From: Oscillospiraceae bacterium
Lineage (GTDB): Bacteria; Bacillota; Clostridia; Oscillospirales; Ruminococcaceae
Direction of reading: 5' to 3'
DNA: 64,000 nt
Assembly (NCBI GenBank): GCA_022788225.1
Contig: JALEVO010000159.1
Coordinates: 54,428-118,427 of the forward strand
How positions within the stretch are numbered: position 1 is the stretch's first letter; each line of letters starts with the position of its first letter. Below, one piece after another: positions 49,410-59,246 of this stretch. The position numbers and the translations under genes were made by a program. The notes beneath the pieces are model-generated. The model had not been told where the DNA came from. It saw only the letters and a list, made by a program, of their open reading frames with translations, and ran no database searches.

Positions 49410-49440
49410 AAAAAACTGCTGTACCATCCGGTACAGCAGT
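49410..49440 (-). terminator. Intrinsic terminator of typA
   Basis: ACTGCTGTACC/GGTACAGCAGT + U-tract on minus strand. Confidence 0.8.
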
Positions 49441-49445
49441 CCATA

Positions 49446-51269
49446 TCACTGTTTTGCTCTGTTCTTCGCTCTCTGTGTATTACTTAATATCCTCTTTCTG
49501 ATACGGATATTCTCCGGCGTTACCTCCAGCAATTCATCATCTGCAAGAAATTCAAGGCTGTCCTCAAGGCTCAGACGTCTTGGGGGAACAAGTCGCAGTG
49601 CATCGTCAGAACCGCTTGCACGGGTATTTGTCAGATGCTTTTTCTTACATACGTTTACAACTAAATCCTCTGTCTTAGGTGACGCACCGACTATCATGCC
49701 CTCATAAACCGGAGTGCCTGCGCCGATAAACAGCTGTCCTCTCTCCTGCGCATTATAAAGACCGTAGGTTACAGCCTCGCCTGTTTCAAAGGACACAAGA
49801 GAACCTGTGTTTCTTCTCGGAATTTCGCCCTTATATGGCTGGTAGCTGTCGAACACGCTGGACATGATTCCCTCACCCTTTGTATCAGTCAGGAACTCAC
49901 TCTTATAGCCGAAAAGTCCTCTTGCCGGAATGAGAAATTCAAGCTTCATTCTTGAACCCTGCGGGTGCATTTCAACAAGGTCTGCCTTTCGTGTACCCAT
50001 TTTCTCCATAACAGAACCGACACATTCCTCCGGCACGTCGATAACAAGTCTTTCAACAGGTTCAAGCTTTTTGCCGTTTTCGTCCTCCTTGAAAAGTACT
50101 CTCGGAGTGGAAACTGAAAGCTCATAGCCCTCTCTTCTCATATTCTCGATAAGGATTGAAAGGTGCATTTCACCTCTTCCGGCAACTCTGAAAGCGTCGG
50201 TGTTGTCAGTTTCCTCAACACGCAGTGAAACGTCCTTTAAGGTTTCCTTGAAAAGTCTTTCTCTCAGCTGACGTGAAGTAACAAACTTACCCTCTTTTCC
50301 GGCAAACGGTGAATCATTTACGGAGAAGGTCATTTCAACAGTCGGTTCGCTGATTTTTGTGAACTCTATAGGTTCAACGCAGTTGGGGTCGCAGACAGTA
50401 TCGCCGATTGTGATACCCTCAATACCGCTTACCCACACAATATCTCCTACCTGTGCAGTTTCCGCCGGAACTCTCTGAAGTCCCTCAATCTGGAGAAGTG
50501 AAACAAGCTTTGCGTTATTGATTTTCTTGTCCGGATTCTGGTGATTGCACACCGCAACATTCTGATTAACCTTGACAGAACCTCTCTGAATTCGTCCGAT
50601 ACCGATTCTGCCCACATACTCGTTATAGTCAATAGAGGAAACAAGCATCTGGAAAGGACCGTTTTCGTCACCCTTAGGCGGTTCTATATAGTTTATAATA
50701 GTGTCAAAGAGAGGGATAAGGTCTGTGCCGGCTTCGTACTGGCTGAGTGAGGCAGTACCCGCCCTGCCTGAACAGAAGAGTATCGGGCTTTCAAGCTGTT
50801 CATCATTGGCATCAAGGTCAAGGAGAAGTTCAAGAACCTCGTCGCCTATTTCGTCAAGACGTGCGTCCGGACGGTCAATTTTATTTACCACAATGATAAT
50901 CTTGTGATTCATTTCAAGTGCCTTTGAAAGCACGAATCTTGTCTGCGGCATTGCGCCCTCTGCGGCGTCAACAAGGAGCAGTACGCCGTCAACCATGCTG
51001 AGAACTCGCTCAACCTCGCCGCCGAAGTCAGCGTGTCCCGGAGTGTCGATGATGTTGATTTTTGTTCCCTTGTAGCATACTGAGGTATTCTTCGCAAGGA
51101 TAGTGATACCTCTTTCACGCTCAATATCGTTGTTGTCCATAACTCTTTCAGCAACGACCTGATTTTCTCTGAATGCACCGCCCTGTTTGAGCATTTCGTC
51201 AACCAGTGTTGTTTTACCGTGGTCAACGTGGGCGATAATCGCAATGTTTCTTAAATCTTCTCTTACCAT
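49446..51269 (-). CDS. typA: Translational GTPase TypA/BipA
   Basis: [54 protein letters not shown]. Confidence 0.97.
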   Translation of the reverse strand: MVREDLRNIAIIAHVDHGKTTLVDEMLKQGGAFRENQVVAERVMDNNDIERERGITILAKNTSVCYKGTKINIIDTPGHADFGGEVERVLSMVDGVLLLVDAAEGAMPQTRFVLSKALEMNHKIIIVVNKIDRPDARLDEIGDEVLELLLDLDANDEQLESPILFCSGRAGTASLSQYEAGTDLIPLFDTIINYIEPPKGDENGPFQMLVSSIDYNEYVGRIGIGRIQRGSVKVNQNVAVCNHQNPDKKINNAKLVSLLQIEGLQRVPAETAQVGDIVWVSGIEGITIGDTVCDPNCVEPIEFTKISEPTVEMTFSVNDSPFAGKEGKFVTSRQLRERLFKETLKDVSLRVEETDNTDAFRVAGRGEMHLSILIENMRREGYELSVSTPRVLFKEDENGKKLEPVERLVIDVPEECVGSVMEKMGTRKADLVEMHPQGSRMKLEFLIPARGLFGYKSEFLTDTKGEGIMSSVFDSYQPYKGEIPRRNTGSLVSFETGEAVTYGLYNAQERGQLFIGAGTPVYEGMIVGASPKTEDLVVNVCKKKHLTNTRASGSDDALRLVPPRRLSLEDSLEFLADDELLEVTPENIRIRKRILSNTQRAKNRAKQ

Positions 51270-51313
51270 TTTTTCATTCCTCCTGAAAATTTAGGATATT
51301 TATCTATGTGAAT

Positions 51314-51853
51314 TTATAATCTGATTATAAATTTTTTTCCAAGCTGTTTTTTCAGATATACGCTTAAATCCTCCGGACAGCCCATTACAAAGGCTGATTT
51401 TTTTATTATATAAGCGTGCTGTTTGTCAGAATACAGGAAAAAATAGTCCTTTACTTCCTTAGCTTTTATCAGTTTATCGTATTCTATACTGATATTTTCT
51501 GAATTTACGCCTTTTTCAACATTCACCGTAAAATACTTTTCTTCAAAATCAAAATGAACAGGATTGTCGCCGTATTTTGATTTTATATTTTTCAGATTGT
51601 TTTTCGGCGAAATCACATACCTGTTAATCATGTTGTATATTATTACACTGCTTCCGACAGCCAGTAAAAACAATGGCAATGCCAAATTCGAAAAACTTGT
51701 GCCGTTTGCTATAGCAATAGCAATGACAAGCATATAAAAACCAGAAAATGAAAGCAAAATTATACAATACAAAATAAATAAAAAGTTATTATGAGCTTTC
51801 CGGCTGAATGCTTTCATATCCTCAATAGTGTAGTTCATAACTGCTTTTACCAT
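51314..51853 (-). CDS. YcxB-like membrane protein
   Basis: Two TM helices then YDKLIKAKE..DYFFLY......YIIKKSAF C-terminal pattern. Confidence 0.65.
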   Translation of the reverse strand: MVKAVMNYTIEDMKAFSRKAHNNFLFILYCIILLSFSGFYMLVIAIAIANGTSFSNLALPLFLLAVGSSVIIYNMINRYVISPKNNLKNIKSKYGDNPVHFDFEEKYFTVNVEKGVNSENISIEYDKLIKAKEVKDYFFLYSDKQHAYIIKKSAFVMGCPEDLSVYLKKQLGKKFIIRL

Positions 51854-51920
51854 TAAATCCCCCTAAAACACTCAACACATTGCAAAACATTTTGTTTAAA
51901 GAGCGTTTTTTTCATTGCAT

Positions 51921-51954
51921 AAAAAATTCCTGCATAAAAATGCAGGATATTTTT
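51921..51954 (-). terminator. Intrinsic terminator
   Basis: TCCTGCAT/ATGCAGGA flanked by A/T runs. Confidence 0.65.
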
Positions 51955-51963
51955 CGTCTTATT

Positions 51964-52497
51964 TTAGCCTCTTTCATTAAAATCAGCTGAAAGAAGATTC
52001 ATTGACTTAAAGAGCTTGTGCAGATAAATAAGCGGACCTACAATAATAAGTGAACCCAGAACATTCCAGCCCCAGAAACTGCCTGCGCCGAATGAATAAG
52101 CTATATTTCTTCTGCTGAGTTCACGTCCGATACGTGCTGAAATCTTATGATACCATACAATCGGTACAATGCCGAATGTAAGCCATGAAAAAATAAAATA
52201 TACAAGGCAGAAGTGCATTGTTTTTCTGCCGTCATATCTGCTTGCAATAAGATTGATGTCAGTTGAAACTGAGGACATTGCAACAATTCCGTATATTCCG
52301 AAAGTAATCAGAGAAAGCAGAATATACTTGAGAAGTCCTCTTTTTGTATTCAGTCTTGCAAGCGGCTGATTGTTCATCGGCTGATTATACGGCTGATTGT
52401 AATTGTTAGCCGGCTGACTGTCCACAGACTGATTGCTTGTCGGCTGACCATTCAGCGGCTGTAAGCCCGATGATTCCTGTCTGAAATCCTGTTCCAT
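51964..52497 (-). CDS. DUF4234-like membrane protein with N/Q/P-rich N-terminus
   Basis: RGLLKYILLSLITFGIYG, LTFGIVPIVWYHK motifs; ATG 52497 after GGAGG. Confidence 0.7.
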   Translation of the reverse strand: MEQDFRQESSGLQPLNGQPTSNQSVDSQPANNYNQPYNQPMNNQPLARLNTKRGLLKYILLSLITFGIYGIVAMSSVSTDINLIASRYDGRKTMHFCLVYFIFSWLTFGIVPIVWYHKISARIGRELSRRNIAYSFGAGSFWGWNVLGSLIIVGPLIYLHKLFKSMNLLSADFNERG

Positions 52498-52613
52498 AAT
52501 AAAATCCTCCAAAAACCCATAATACATACATAATTATACATTATATCATTTAATCTGTCAATAGAAATCAGGAAATTTCTTTGAATAATATGCAGGATTT
52601 TATATCGCAAAAA

Positions 52614-52641
52614 AGAAAAAGTACGCTTAATGCGTACTTTA
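52614..52641 (-). terminator. Terminator after tRNA-Tyr
   Basis: AAAGTACGC/GCGTACTTT. Confidence 0.7.
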
Positions 52642-52642
52642 C

Positions 52643-52727
52643 TGGTGGGAGAAGATGGATTCGAACCATCGAAGCTGAAAGCAACAGATTTACAGTCTGC
52701 CCCCTTTGGCCACTCGGGAATTCTCCC
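52643..52727 (-). tRNA. tRNA-Tyr (GTA)
   Basis: GGGAGAATTCCCGAGTGGCCAAAGGGGGCAGACT-GTA-AATCTG...GGTTCGAATCC...CCA with long variable arm. Confidence 0.96.
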
Positions 52728-52760
52728 ATAAAAATTCCGCCGACTATTGCCGGCAGATAA

Positions 52761-52836
52761 TGGAGCTGGTGGACGGACTCGAACCCCCGACCTGCTGATT
52801 ACAAATCAGCTGCTCTACCAACTGAGCTACACCAGC
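52761..52836 (-). tRNA. tRNA-Thr (TGT)
   Basis: GCTGGTGTAGCTCAGTTGGTAGAGCAGCTGATT-TGT-AATCAG...GGTTCGAGTCC...CCA. Confidence 0.96.
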
Positions 52837-52858
52837 ATCTTGTTCAGAATGCTTAATT

Positions 52859-52887
52859 ATTATATCACAGTTTTCTAAGCTTGTCAA
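52859..52887 (-). promoter_or_regulatory. Consensus sigma-A promoter for tRNA-Thr/Tyr
   Basis: TTGACA-N17-TATAAT with TGn. Confidence 0.85.
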
Positions 52888-52935
52888 GTCTTTTTTAAAG
52901 ATTTTTTCAAGTTTTTTTAAACTGCTTAAAGAAAA

Positions 52936-53012
52936 TGGTCGAGGCGACAGGACTTGAACCTGCGGCATCTTGGTCCCAAACCAAGCACTCTACCAAACTG
53001 AGTTACGCCTCG
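52936..53012 (-). tRNA. tRNA-Pro (TGG)
   Basis: CGAGGCGTAACTCAGTTTGGTAGAGTGCTTGGTT-TGG-GACCAAG...GGTTCAAGTCC...CCA. Confidence 0.96.
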
Positions 53013-53053
53013 TTCATTCTCGTTTATGCTGTCTTTCGTCAAACAGCTTTATT

Positions 53054-53082
53054 ATTATACACGTTTCTTGCTGAAATGTCAA
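53054..53082 (-). promoter_or_regulatory. Consensus sigma-A promoter for tRNA-Pro
   Basis: TTGACA-N17-TATAAT. Confidence 0.85.
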
Positions 53083-53148
53083 GCGCTTTTTTGCGATTTG
53101 TCATGTTGCACAAAATTTAATGTTTCATTTGTGCAATATGCTTTATTT

Positions 53149-53217
53149 GTAGGGGCGAGCATTGCTCGCCCGTGACTGTGAATACGTTTTTTACGGGCGA
53201 CCAATGGTCGCCCCTAC
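53149..53217. repeat. Inverted REP doublet (REPIN-like)
   Basis: GTAGGGGCGAGCATTGCTCGCCCGT ... ACGGGCGACCAATGGTCGCCCCTAC. Confidence 0.8.
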
Positions 53218-53250
53218 AATTGATTTTCAAAATATAAAAAATGTCAAGAA

Positions 53251-55011
53251 CTATTCTATCTCATAAAGCTTTGCAGTTCCGTCAATTAACTTTTCGGGCA
53301 TGAATCCTGAGCCGATTTCGTTTTCAACTGCAAAGGCACAGTACCCGGTTTCAATCTCACTTTCGGGTACTATATAGCCGTAAGTTATGGTCTTGGTTTC
53401 ATAGGGTGCAAAGGTGTATTTGTAGAGACTCTTTCCGCCGTTTTCCGTGTATGAAATGTATTCGGGGTCAGACGGAAGCAGGGTCCAGTCACTGCCTGCT
53501 CTTAAATCCTTTGAAACCATTTCAAAACCGCAGAAATACATATCCTTTTCCACATTTATGGTGTTCTCAACCTCATAGGTCACAAGCAGCAGCTTTGCGT
53601 CATCTATGCCGCCGCACAGGTCTTCATAACGCTGTATATACTCAGAATCAATGTCATAATCAGAAATTTCTCCGACTTCACTTCCGGTTATCCTTACATT
53701 TAACAGGTAGTTGTCGTAAAGCAGCGGTATAGTCGTACCAACAGGTTCGTACACAGCCTTTTCCATTGCCTCGTCATACTGCTCCTGCAATACGCTTTCA
53801 TAATCCGCCTCTACTTCTTCCATAGGCGGATTTAAGATTGGCTCACCAAAGTCCGGTTCAACAATATGTTTTTCATCAAAACCTTTCTCTATCGGTACTT
53901 CAAATACGTAATCTACAGGGAAACCGTCCTGATCAAGTCTGAACACTTCAACATAAAGTGCTGTAGCTGTTTTAAGCGGTGTACGATATAAAGAACCGAT
54001 AATCTGTTCACCGTAATCGTCACTTAATGCACCGTAACACTCGAGTTCATTTCCATCTTGGTCTTTTACTGTGAAATCATGGGTGCTGTAGTCGAGTCCG
54101 CTTATATAAACAGTTGTGTCAAAAGGAGTAACAACAACGCTTTCAAGAGTAATACCGCTCTGCGTTTCGTTTACCTCATAGGTTCTGTTATTGCTTGAGT
54201 CCGGCGTCAGCTTTCTTTCAAATACAAAGTCGCCAGATAAAACTCCGGTAGTTTCCGGCACATAAGTACCAGACATATCATCATTCGGTACCCAGTTCTG
54301 AACCAGTCCGTTTACGCCCTGAATGTCATAGATATGGATTTGCAGTTCTGAATCTTCTCTGATGTCAAGGTATGAATAGTAAAGACGGGTGTAATAATTG
54401 CCGTCCACGTCGGCTGAAAAGCCTATATACAGTTCCTCAGTTTCTTCAACAACGTCCTTGCCGTCAATTTTTACGGTACACTTTGCCTGAACTCCAGTGA
54501 GATTTTTAAGCTGTTCATCCTTTGGTGTAAGCGCAAGGTAGACTGCAAGGTGGCTTTCATCGCAGTAAACATTCTGCATTTCAATGTCGGCGCACTGGCT
54601 GTCTTCATACCTTTTGTCCTCTAAAGCCAGAATATTCTCTTTTGTGCTTTCCTCTGTTGGGACAATACTGTCTGTTTCCTCGTTTACAGTACCGAATGCA
54701 CTCTTAATGGACGGTGTATACTCCCACACAGCAGGTATTGTAATTCCGGCAAGTACGGCAACACAAGCCGCAATCGCCCCGAATCTTTTGAAAGCAATCC
54801 TCTTTTTCCCCTTATTATCCTGTTCGCAGTTTTCAAAAACCACTTCTTCCGGCTTATTTTTTTCTGAAACCGCAGTATAACTGCTGACTTCTGCTCTATT
54901 TCTATTCTTTTGTTCACATTCTTTATATATTATCTCATAAGCCTCATTGCATTTTCTGCTGACAATTTCCGGAACTGCTGTATTATCAAAAAAATCCTTT
55001 TCGTTTTTCAT
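53251..55011 (-). CDS. Membrane anti-sigma factor-like protein (DUF4179-like) with large extracellular region
   Basis: Overlaps sigma gene by 4 nt; single TM helix after KKRIAFKR; acidic extracellular part. Confidence 0.7.
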   Translation of the reverse strand: MKNEKDFFDNTAVPEIVSRKCNEAYEIIYKECEQKNRNRAEVSSYTAVSEKNKPEEVVFENCEQDNKGKKRIAFKRFGAIAACVAVLAGITIPAVWEYTPSIKSAFGTVNEETDSIVPTEESTKENILALEDKRYEDSQCADIEMQNVYCDESHLAVYLALTPKDEQLKNLTGVQAKCTVKIDGKDVVEETEELYIGFSADVDGNYYTRLYYSYLDIREDSELQIHIYDIQGVNGLVQNWVPNDDMSGTYVPETTGVLSGDFVFERKLTPDSSNNRTYEVNETQSGITLESVVVTPFDTTVYISGLDYSTHDFTVKDQDGNELECYGALSDDYGEQIIGSLYRTPLKTATALYVEVFRLDQDGFPVDYVFEVPIEKGFDEKHIVEPDFGEPILNPPMEEVEADYESVLQEQYDEAMEKAVYEPVGTTIPLLYDNYLLNVRITGSEVGEISDYDIDSEYIQRYEDLCGGIDDAKLLLVTYEVENTINVEKDMYFCGFEMVSKDLRAGSDWTLLPSDPEYISYTENGGKSLYKYTFAPYETKTITYGYIVPESEIETGYCAFAVENEIGSGFMPEKLIDGTAKLYEIE

Positions 55012-55529
55012 ACCGAAACAGCCTCCCTGTCTGTGTAAATCATTTTAAACTCCGCCCGCCCTCTTGAAAGTCTGGTCTTGACAGTGTTTTCCTTCATATC
55101 AAGCAGTTCTGAAATCTCCTTTATGGTCATGCCCTGAGTGTAATAAAGGGTGAGGATAAGGCGGTAGTTATCGCTTAAACCCTCAAAGCTTTCCTTTATA
55201 TCCCTGTCTGAAAGGCTTGTATCAGTGCCTGTGTCAACGCCGTCATAGCTTTCGATGTATACTGTATTGCCGTTTTTCCGGATAATGTCCTTACAGCAGT
55301 TTATCAGTATCCTTGTAAGCCACGTTTTGAAGTACTTATCCTGTCTTAGCTTGCCGATATTCTTCCAGCAGGACAAAACAGCGTCCTGTATTGCGTCCGC
55401 TGCGTCAGCGTCATTGTGGAGTATGGAAACTGCTGTTTTGTACATTGCGGACTTGTTCTGCTCCATAAGCTCCACAAAAGCGTCCGGATCGCCGTTTTTC
55501 GCCCTTTTTATGAGCGTATCAGCTTTCAT
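55008..55529 (-). CDS. ECF RNA polymerase sigma factor
   Basis: DAADAIQD, FKTWLTRILINCCKD, YYTQGMTIKEISELL...TVKTRLSRGR. Confidence 0.92.
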   Translation of the reverse strand: MKADTLIKRAKNGDPDAFVELMEQNKSAMYKTAVSILHNDADAADAIQDAVLSCWKNIGKLRQDKYFKTWLTRILINCCKDIIRKNGNTVYIESYDGVDTGTDTSLSDRDIKESFEGLSDNYRLILTLYYTQGMTIKEISELLDMKENTVKTRLSRGRAEFKMIYTDREAVSV

Positions 55530-55575
55530 ATTCAACGCCTCCTTTTTTCCGAACCAAAGCTTTGTTTCTGTACAT

Positions 55576-55604
55576 TAGACGTAAAAGCCTTCGGTATGGT
55601 TTCA
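55576..55604 (-). promoter_or_regulatory. ECF-type promoter (probable autoregulation)
   Basis: TGAAAC-N17-CGTCTA about 45 nt upstream of the sigma ATG. Confidence 0.7.
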
Positions 55605-55638
55605 GCTTTTTTGAAAAAAGCTTTGCAAAAACTATTTT

Positions 55639-56160
55639 TTTGCCTTTACAAGGCGGTGGGTATTGTTCATTTCTTTGCTTGCCCTTTGATTTTGCCTTTA
55701 CAAGGCGGTGGGTTATGTTCATTTCTTTGCTTGCCCAAAGAAACGAACCAAAGAAATGCACCCACTCAAACGCCGTGGGCGGCTTGTGCGGCTTGCGCCG
55801 CAAATCACTGCAATATTGTTAATGAACTAAACTGCGTTGTTTAAACTGACTACATCATGATTGCGGTTAAAGTCGTTCTAATCTAATAAAGCCAGAAAAA
55901 ACTTTAACTGCCTTTAATAGCTATGCGGTTAAAGTTTTCTTTCCGCTTTAAAAACGTTAGCGCAGAAAGTTTGAAATTATGAGTCAGCAAGTATGTACCG
56001 ACCCAGCTGTCTTATATTTACAAGATAACCCGTCTTTGCAGCTCCCGCTGCACAGCCGCCCACGGCGTCTGAGTGGGTGTCCTTTCTTTGGGACTTTCTT
56101 TGGACAAGCAAAGAAAGTACAATAAAACACGCATTTGTTTCTTGTTGCGGTACAAGAAAA
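55639..56160 (+). mobile_element. ~520 bp TIR element, copy 4 (symmetric-end subtype, duplicated left end)
   Basis: Core shared with other copies; 46-nt left end repeated at 55639 and 55691. Confidence 0.75.
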
Positions 56161-56223
56161 TGTATCGGACATACCATATTCCTCATATCATTTAAATGAT
56201 AAGCAATAAACAAGGAGGAAAAT

Positions 56224-58350
56224 ATGGGACTAACTTCACAGTCAACGGGAAAAAGAGCCAGTCAGGGCAATATTCCCGAAAAAAATAACGGAGAATTTCT
56301 TATTGCACTTGCCGGAAATCCCAACGTTGGGAAATCCACAGTTTTCAACGCTCTCACCGGCATGAAACAGCACACCGGAAACTGGGCGGGCAAGACCGTT
56401 TCAAATGCCGCCGGGCGGTGTGAACACAAGGGGAAAAAGTACATTCTCGCCGACCTCCCCGGTACATACTCCCTTATGGCACACTCCGCCGAGGAAGAAG
56501 CCGCACGGGATTTCATCTGCTTTGGTATGCCGGACGCTGTTATTGTAGTGTGCGACGGTACTTGTCTTGAAAGAAATCTTAATCTGCTGCTCCAGACGCT
56601 GGAAATTACGCCTAAGACAGTGCTGTGTATAAATCTGCTTGACGAGGCTGAAAAAAAGGGTATCAGCATTGATACGCAAAGGCTTTCAGAAATTCTGGGA
56701 ATACCAGTTGTGGGCGTCACCGCAAGAGATGAAAAGGGGCTTGACCAGCTTATGGACGCAGTACAGCAGGTTATTGAAAATCCCCCAGACAGCGCATATC
56801 TGCCCTCATACAGCCGTCAGCTTGAAGAGGAGATATCAAGAGTCGCCGCAAAGCTTGAACCCTTTACATCCGGCAGACTGCCTGCAAGGTGGACGGCGAT
56901 AAAGCTTATTGACCGGAACGAAAAGCTGACCGACTCCATAAACAGCTTTCTGGGCAACGATATCGAGGAGGAGATTTTCGGTACACTTAATGTCTGCCGT
57001 GAGGCACTGGCACGGAAAAGCTACAATCCCCAGAGTATCAGCGACGAGATTATTTCCTGCATAATCCACTCGGCAGAGGAAATAGCCGGGGCGGCGGTGT
57101 CTTTTAAAAACGACAGTTACTACGAGCGTGACCGGAAAATTGACCGCATTCTCACAAGCCGTGTTTTCGGCATTCCCATAATGCTGGGTATTCTCGGCAT
57201 GGTTTTCTGGATAACCATAGTCGGGGCAAACTACCCCTCAAAGCTTTTGTCGGACGGTCTTTTTTATCTGGGCGGAAAAATAGAGGATTTCCTCAATTTC
57301 GTGAACTGTCACCCCACTGTCACTGACCTTGCCGTCAACGGCGTTTACCGTGTGCTTGCGTGGGTGGTTTCGGTAATGCTGCCCCCTATGGCGATTTTCT
57401 TTCCGCTTTTCACGCTCCTTGAAGACTTAGGATATCTCCCACGTGCGGCGTTTAACCTCGACCGCCAGTTCCGCCGTGCCAACGCCTGCGGCAAACAGGC
57501 TCTTACAATGTGCATGGGACTTGGCTGCAATGCCGCCGGAGTTACAGGCTGCCGCATTATTGATTCCCCCAGAGAACGGCTTATAGCCATACTTACAAAC
57601 AATTTCGTCCCCTGCAACGGGCGTTTCCCCTCTCTTATCTCCCTTATCACCATGTTTTTTACTGCCTCTGTTACCGGCATAGGCGGCTCTGTCACCTCTG
57701 CGCTTATTTTACTTGCGGTCATAGTGGCAGGAGTTGGGGCGACTCTGCTGGCGTCGTGGATTTTATCTGTTACCGTCCTAAAGGGTGTACCCTCCGCTTT
57801 CACCCTTGAACTTCCCCCCTACCGCAAACCGCAGATAGGCAAGGTAATAGTCCGCTCCATATTCGACAGGACTATTTTCGTTTTAGGCAGAGCCTGTGCA
57901 GTTGCGGCTCCGGCAGGACTTGTGATATGGCTGCTGGCAAACACGTCGGTATGCGGAAACACCATACTCATGCACCTTGCCTCGTTCCTTGACGCTCCGG
58001 GCAGGTTTCTGGGCATGGACGGTGAAATCCTGCTGGCGTTCATACTGGGTTTTCCGGCGAATGAAATCGTGATACCCATAATTCTGATGTCCTACACCTC
58101 TGCCGGAATGCTGATTGAAACTGAAAACACCGACGTTATGCGCACCATCCTTACGGACAACGGCTGGACGTGGGTGACCGCCCTGTGCACCATGATTTTT
58201 ATACTTTTCCATTTCCCCTGTTCCACAACCTGTCTTACCATAAAAAAAGAAACGGGCAGTCTGAGATGGACAGCCGCCGCTATAATTCTGCCTACTGCCT
58301 TTGGCGTTGTGCTATGCGCACTCATAAGCAATATTGCAAGGCTGATATAG
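56224..58350 (+). CDS. feoB: Ferrous iron transporter B
   Basis: GNPNVGKST, GNWAGKTV, DLPGTYS, NLLDE, MGLGCNAA, PCNGR, FPANEIV, HFPCSTT. Confidence 0.93.
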   Translation: MGLTSQSTGKRASQGNIPEKNNGEFLIALAGNPNVGKSTVFNALTGMKQHTGNWAGKTVSNAAGRCEHKGKKYILADLPGTYSLMAHSAEEEAARDFICFGMPDAVIVVCDGTCLERNLNLLLQTLEITPKTVLCINLLDEAEKKGISIDTQRLSEILGIPVVGVTARDEKGLDQLMDAVQQVIENPPDSAYLPSYSRQLEEEISRVAAKLEPFTSGRLPARWTAIKLIDRNEKLTDSINSFLGNDIEEEIFGTLNVCREALARKSYNPQSISDEIISCIIHSAEEIAGAAVSFKNDSYYERDRKIDRILTSRVFGIPIMLGILGMVFWITIVGANYPSKLLSDGLFYLGGKIEDFLNFVNCHPTVTDLAVNGVYRVLAWVVSVMLPPMAIFFPLFTLLEDLGYLPRAAFNLDRQFRRANACGKQALTMCMGLGCNAAGVTGCRIIDSPRERLIAILTNNFVPCNGRFPSLISLITMFFTASVTGIGGSVTSALILLAVIVAGVGATLLASWILSVTVLKGVPSAFTLELPPYRKPQIGKVIVRSIFDRTIFVLGRACAVAAPAGLVIWLLANTSVCGNTILMHLASFLDAPGRFLGMDGEILLAFILGFPANEIVIPIILMSYTSAGMLIETENTDVMRTILTDNGWTWVTALCTMIFILFHFPCSTTCLTIKKETGSLRWTAAAIILPTAFGVVLCALISNIARLI

Positions 58351-58359
58351 AAATTTTCT

Positions 58360-58857
58360 TTTCGGCAAAAAGAAACAAAAGCGGTGGTTTTGCCTTTTGC
58401 AAGGCAGGGGGTGTTCATTTCTTTGCTTGCACAAAGAAACGAACCAAAGAAATGCACCCACTCAGACGCCGCAGGGGGCTTGTGCGGCTTGCGCCGCAAA
58501 TCACTGCAATATCGTTATTAAACTAAACTGCGTTGTTTAAACTGATTACTTCATAATTGCAGATAAAGTCGTTCTAATAAAGCAAAGCCATAGAAAACTA
58601 TAACTGCCTTTAAATAGGCTTAGTAGTTAATGTTTTCTTTCCGCTTTAAAAATGTTAGCGCAGGAAGTCTGCAATTATGAGTGAACAAGTATGTACCGAC
58701 CCAGCTGTCTTATGCTGACAAGATAAACCGTCTTTGCCGCCACCGTGCGGCATAGCAGTCCGGCGGCAGCCGGTGCATTTCTTTGGTACTTTCTTGTTGC
58801 AGGACAAGAAAGTACAGTAAACCTGCGTTCGTTTCTTTGGGCAAGCAAAGAAAGTAC
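58360..58857 (+). mobile_element. ~500 bp TIR element, copy 5
   Basis: Core shared with other copies; same orientation as copy 4. Confidence 0.75.
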
Positions 58858-58885
58858 GTGCTAAACACTAAATCTATATTATGGC

Positions 58886-58923
58886 AAAAAGAAACTGCTG
58901 CATAAAACGTGCAGCAGTTTCTT
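58886..58923 (-). terminator. Terminator of acc-acp operon
   Basis: AAGAAACTGCTGCA/TGCAGCAGTTTCTT. Confidence 0.8.
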
Positions 58924-58946
58924 ATATTTAATCAGCATTTCGTTTA

Positions 58947-59174
58947 TTACTGATTGCTCTCAATGTAGCTTACGATGTCGCCGACTGTCTTGATCTTCTC
59001 AACAGCTTCATCCGGAATTTCCATATCAAATTCTTCTTCAATTGACATAACCAGATCAACAACATCAAGTGAATCAGCGCCCAGATCGTCAATAATAACT
59101 GACTCCATCTTTACAGCATCTTCTTCAACATCAAGCTGGTCAACAATAAGTTCTTTTACCTTGTCAAAAACCAT
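58947..59174 (-). CDS. acpP: Acyl carrier protein
   Basis: [20 protein letters not shown]. Confidence 0.96.
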   Translation of the reverse strand: MVFDKVKELIVDQLDVEEDAVKMESVIIDDLGADSLDVVDLVMSIEEEFDMEIPDEAVEKIKTVGDIVSYIESNQ

Positions 59175-59246
59175 CTTATTCTTTCCTCCATTGTCTAATA
59201 TTTATATAAAGGCGTGTTTCGCCAATATAGCTTTTGTAGATTTTCA

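Noticed and set aside
52643-53012. tRNA cluster as a genomic-island attachment site
   Set aside because: No duplicated tRNA 3' end and no integrase in the window; flanking genes are ordinary membrane proteins
56150-56195. Sporulation sigma (SigE/SigK) promoter for feoB from CATAnnnT motifs
   Set aside because: -35 element and spacing do not fit convincingly; motif too short to support
25371-58857. CRISPR array interpretation of the repeats
   Set aside because: Repeats are hundreds of bp long and dispersed, not 25-45-bp units with unique spacers; no cas genes
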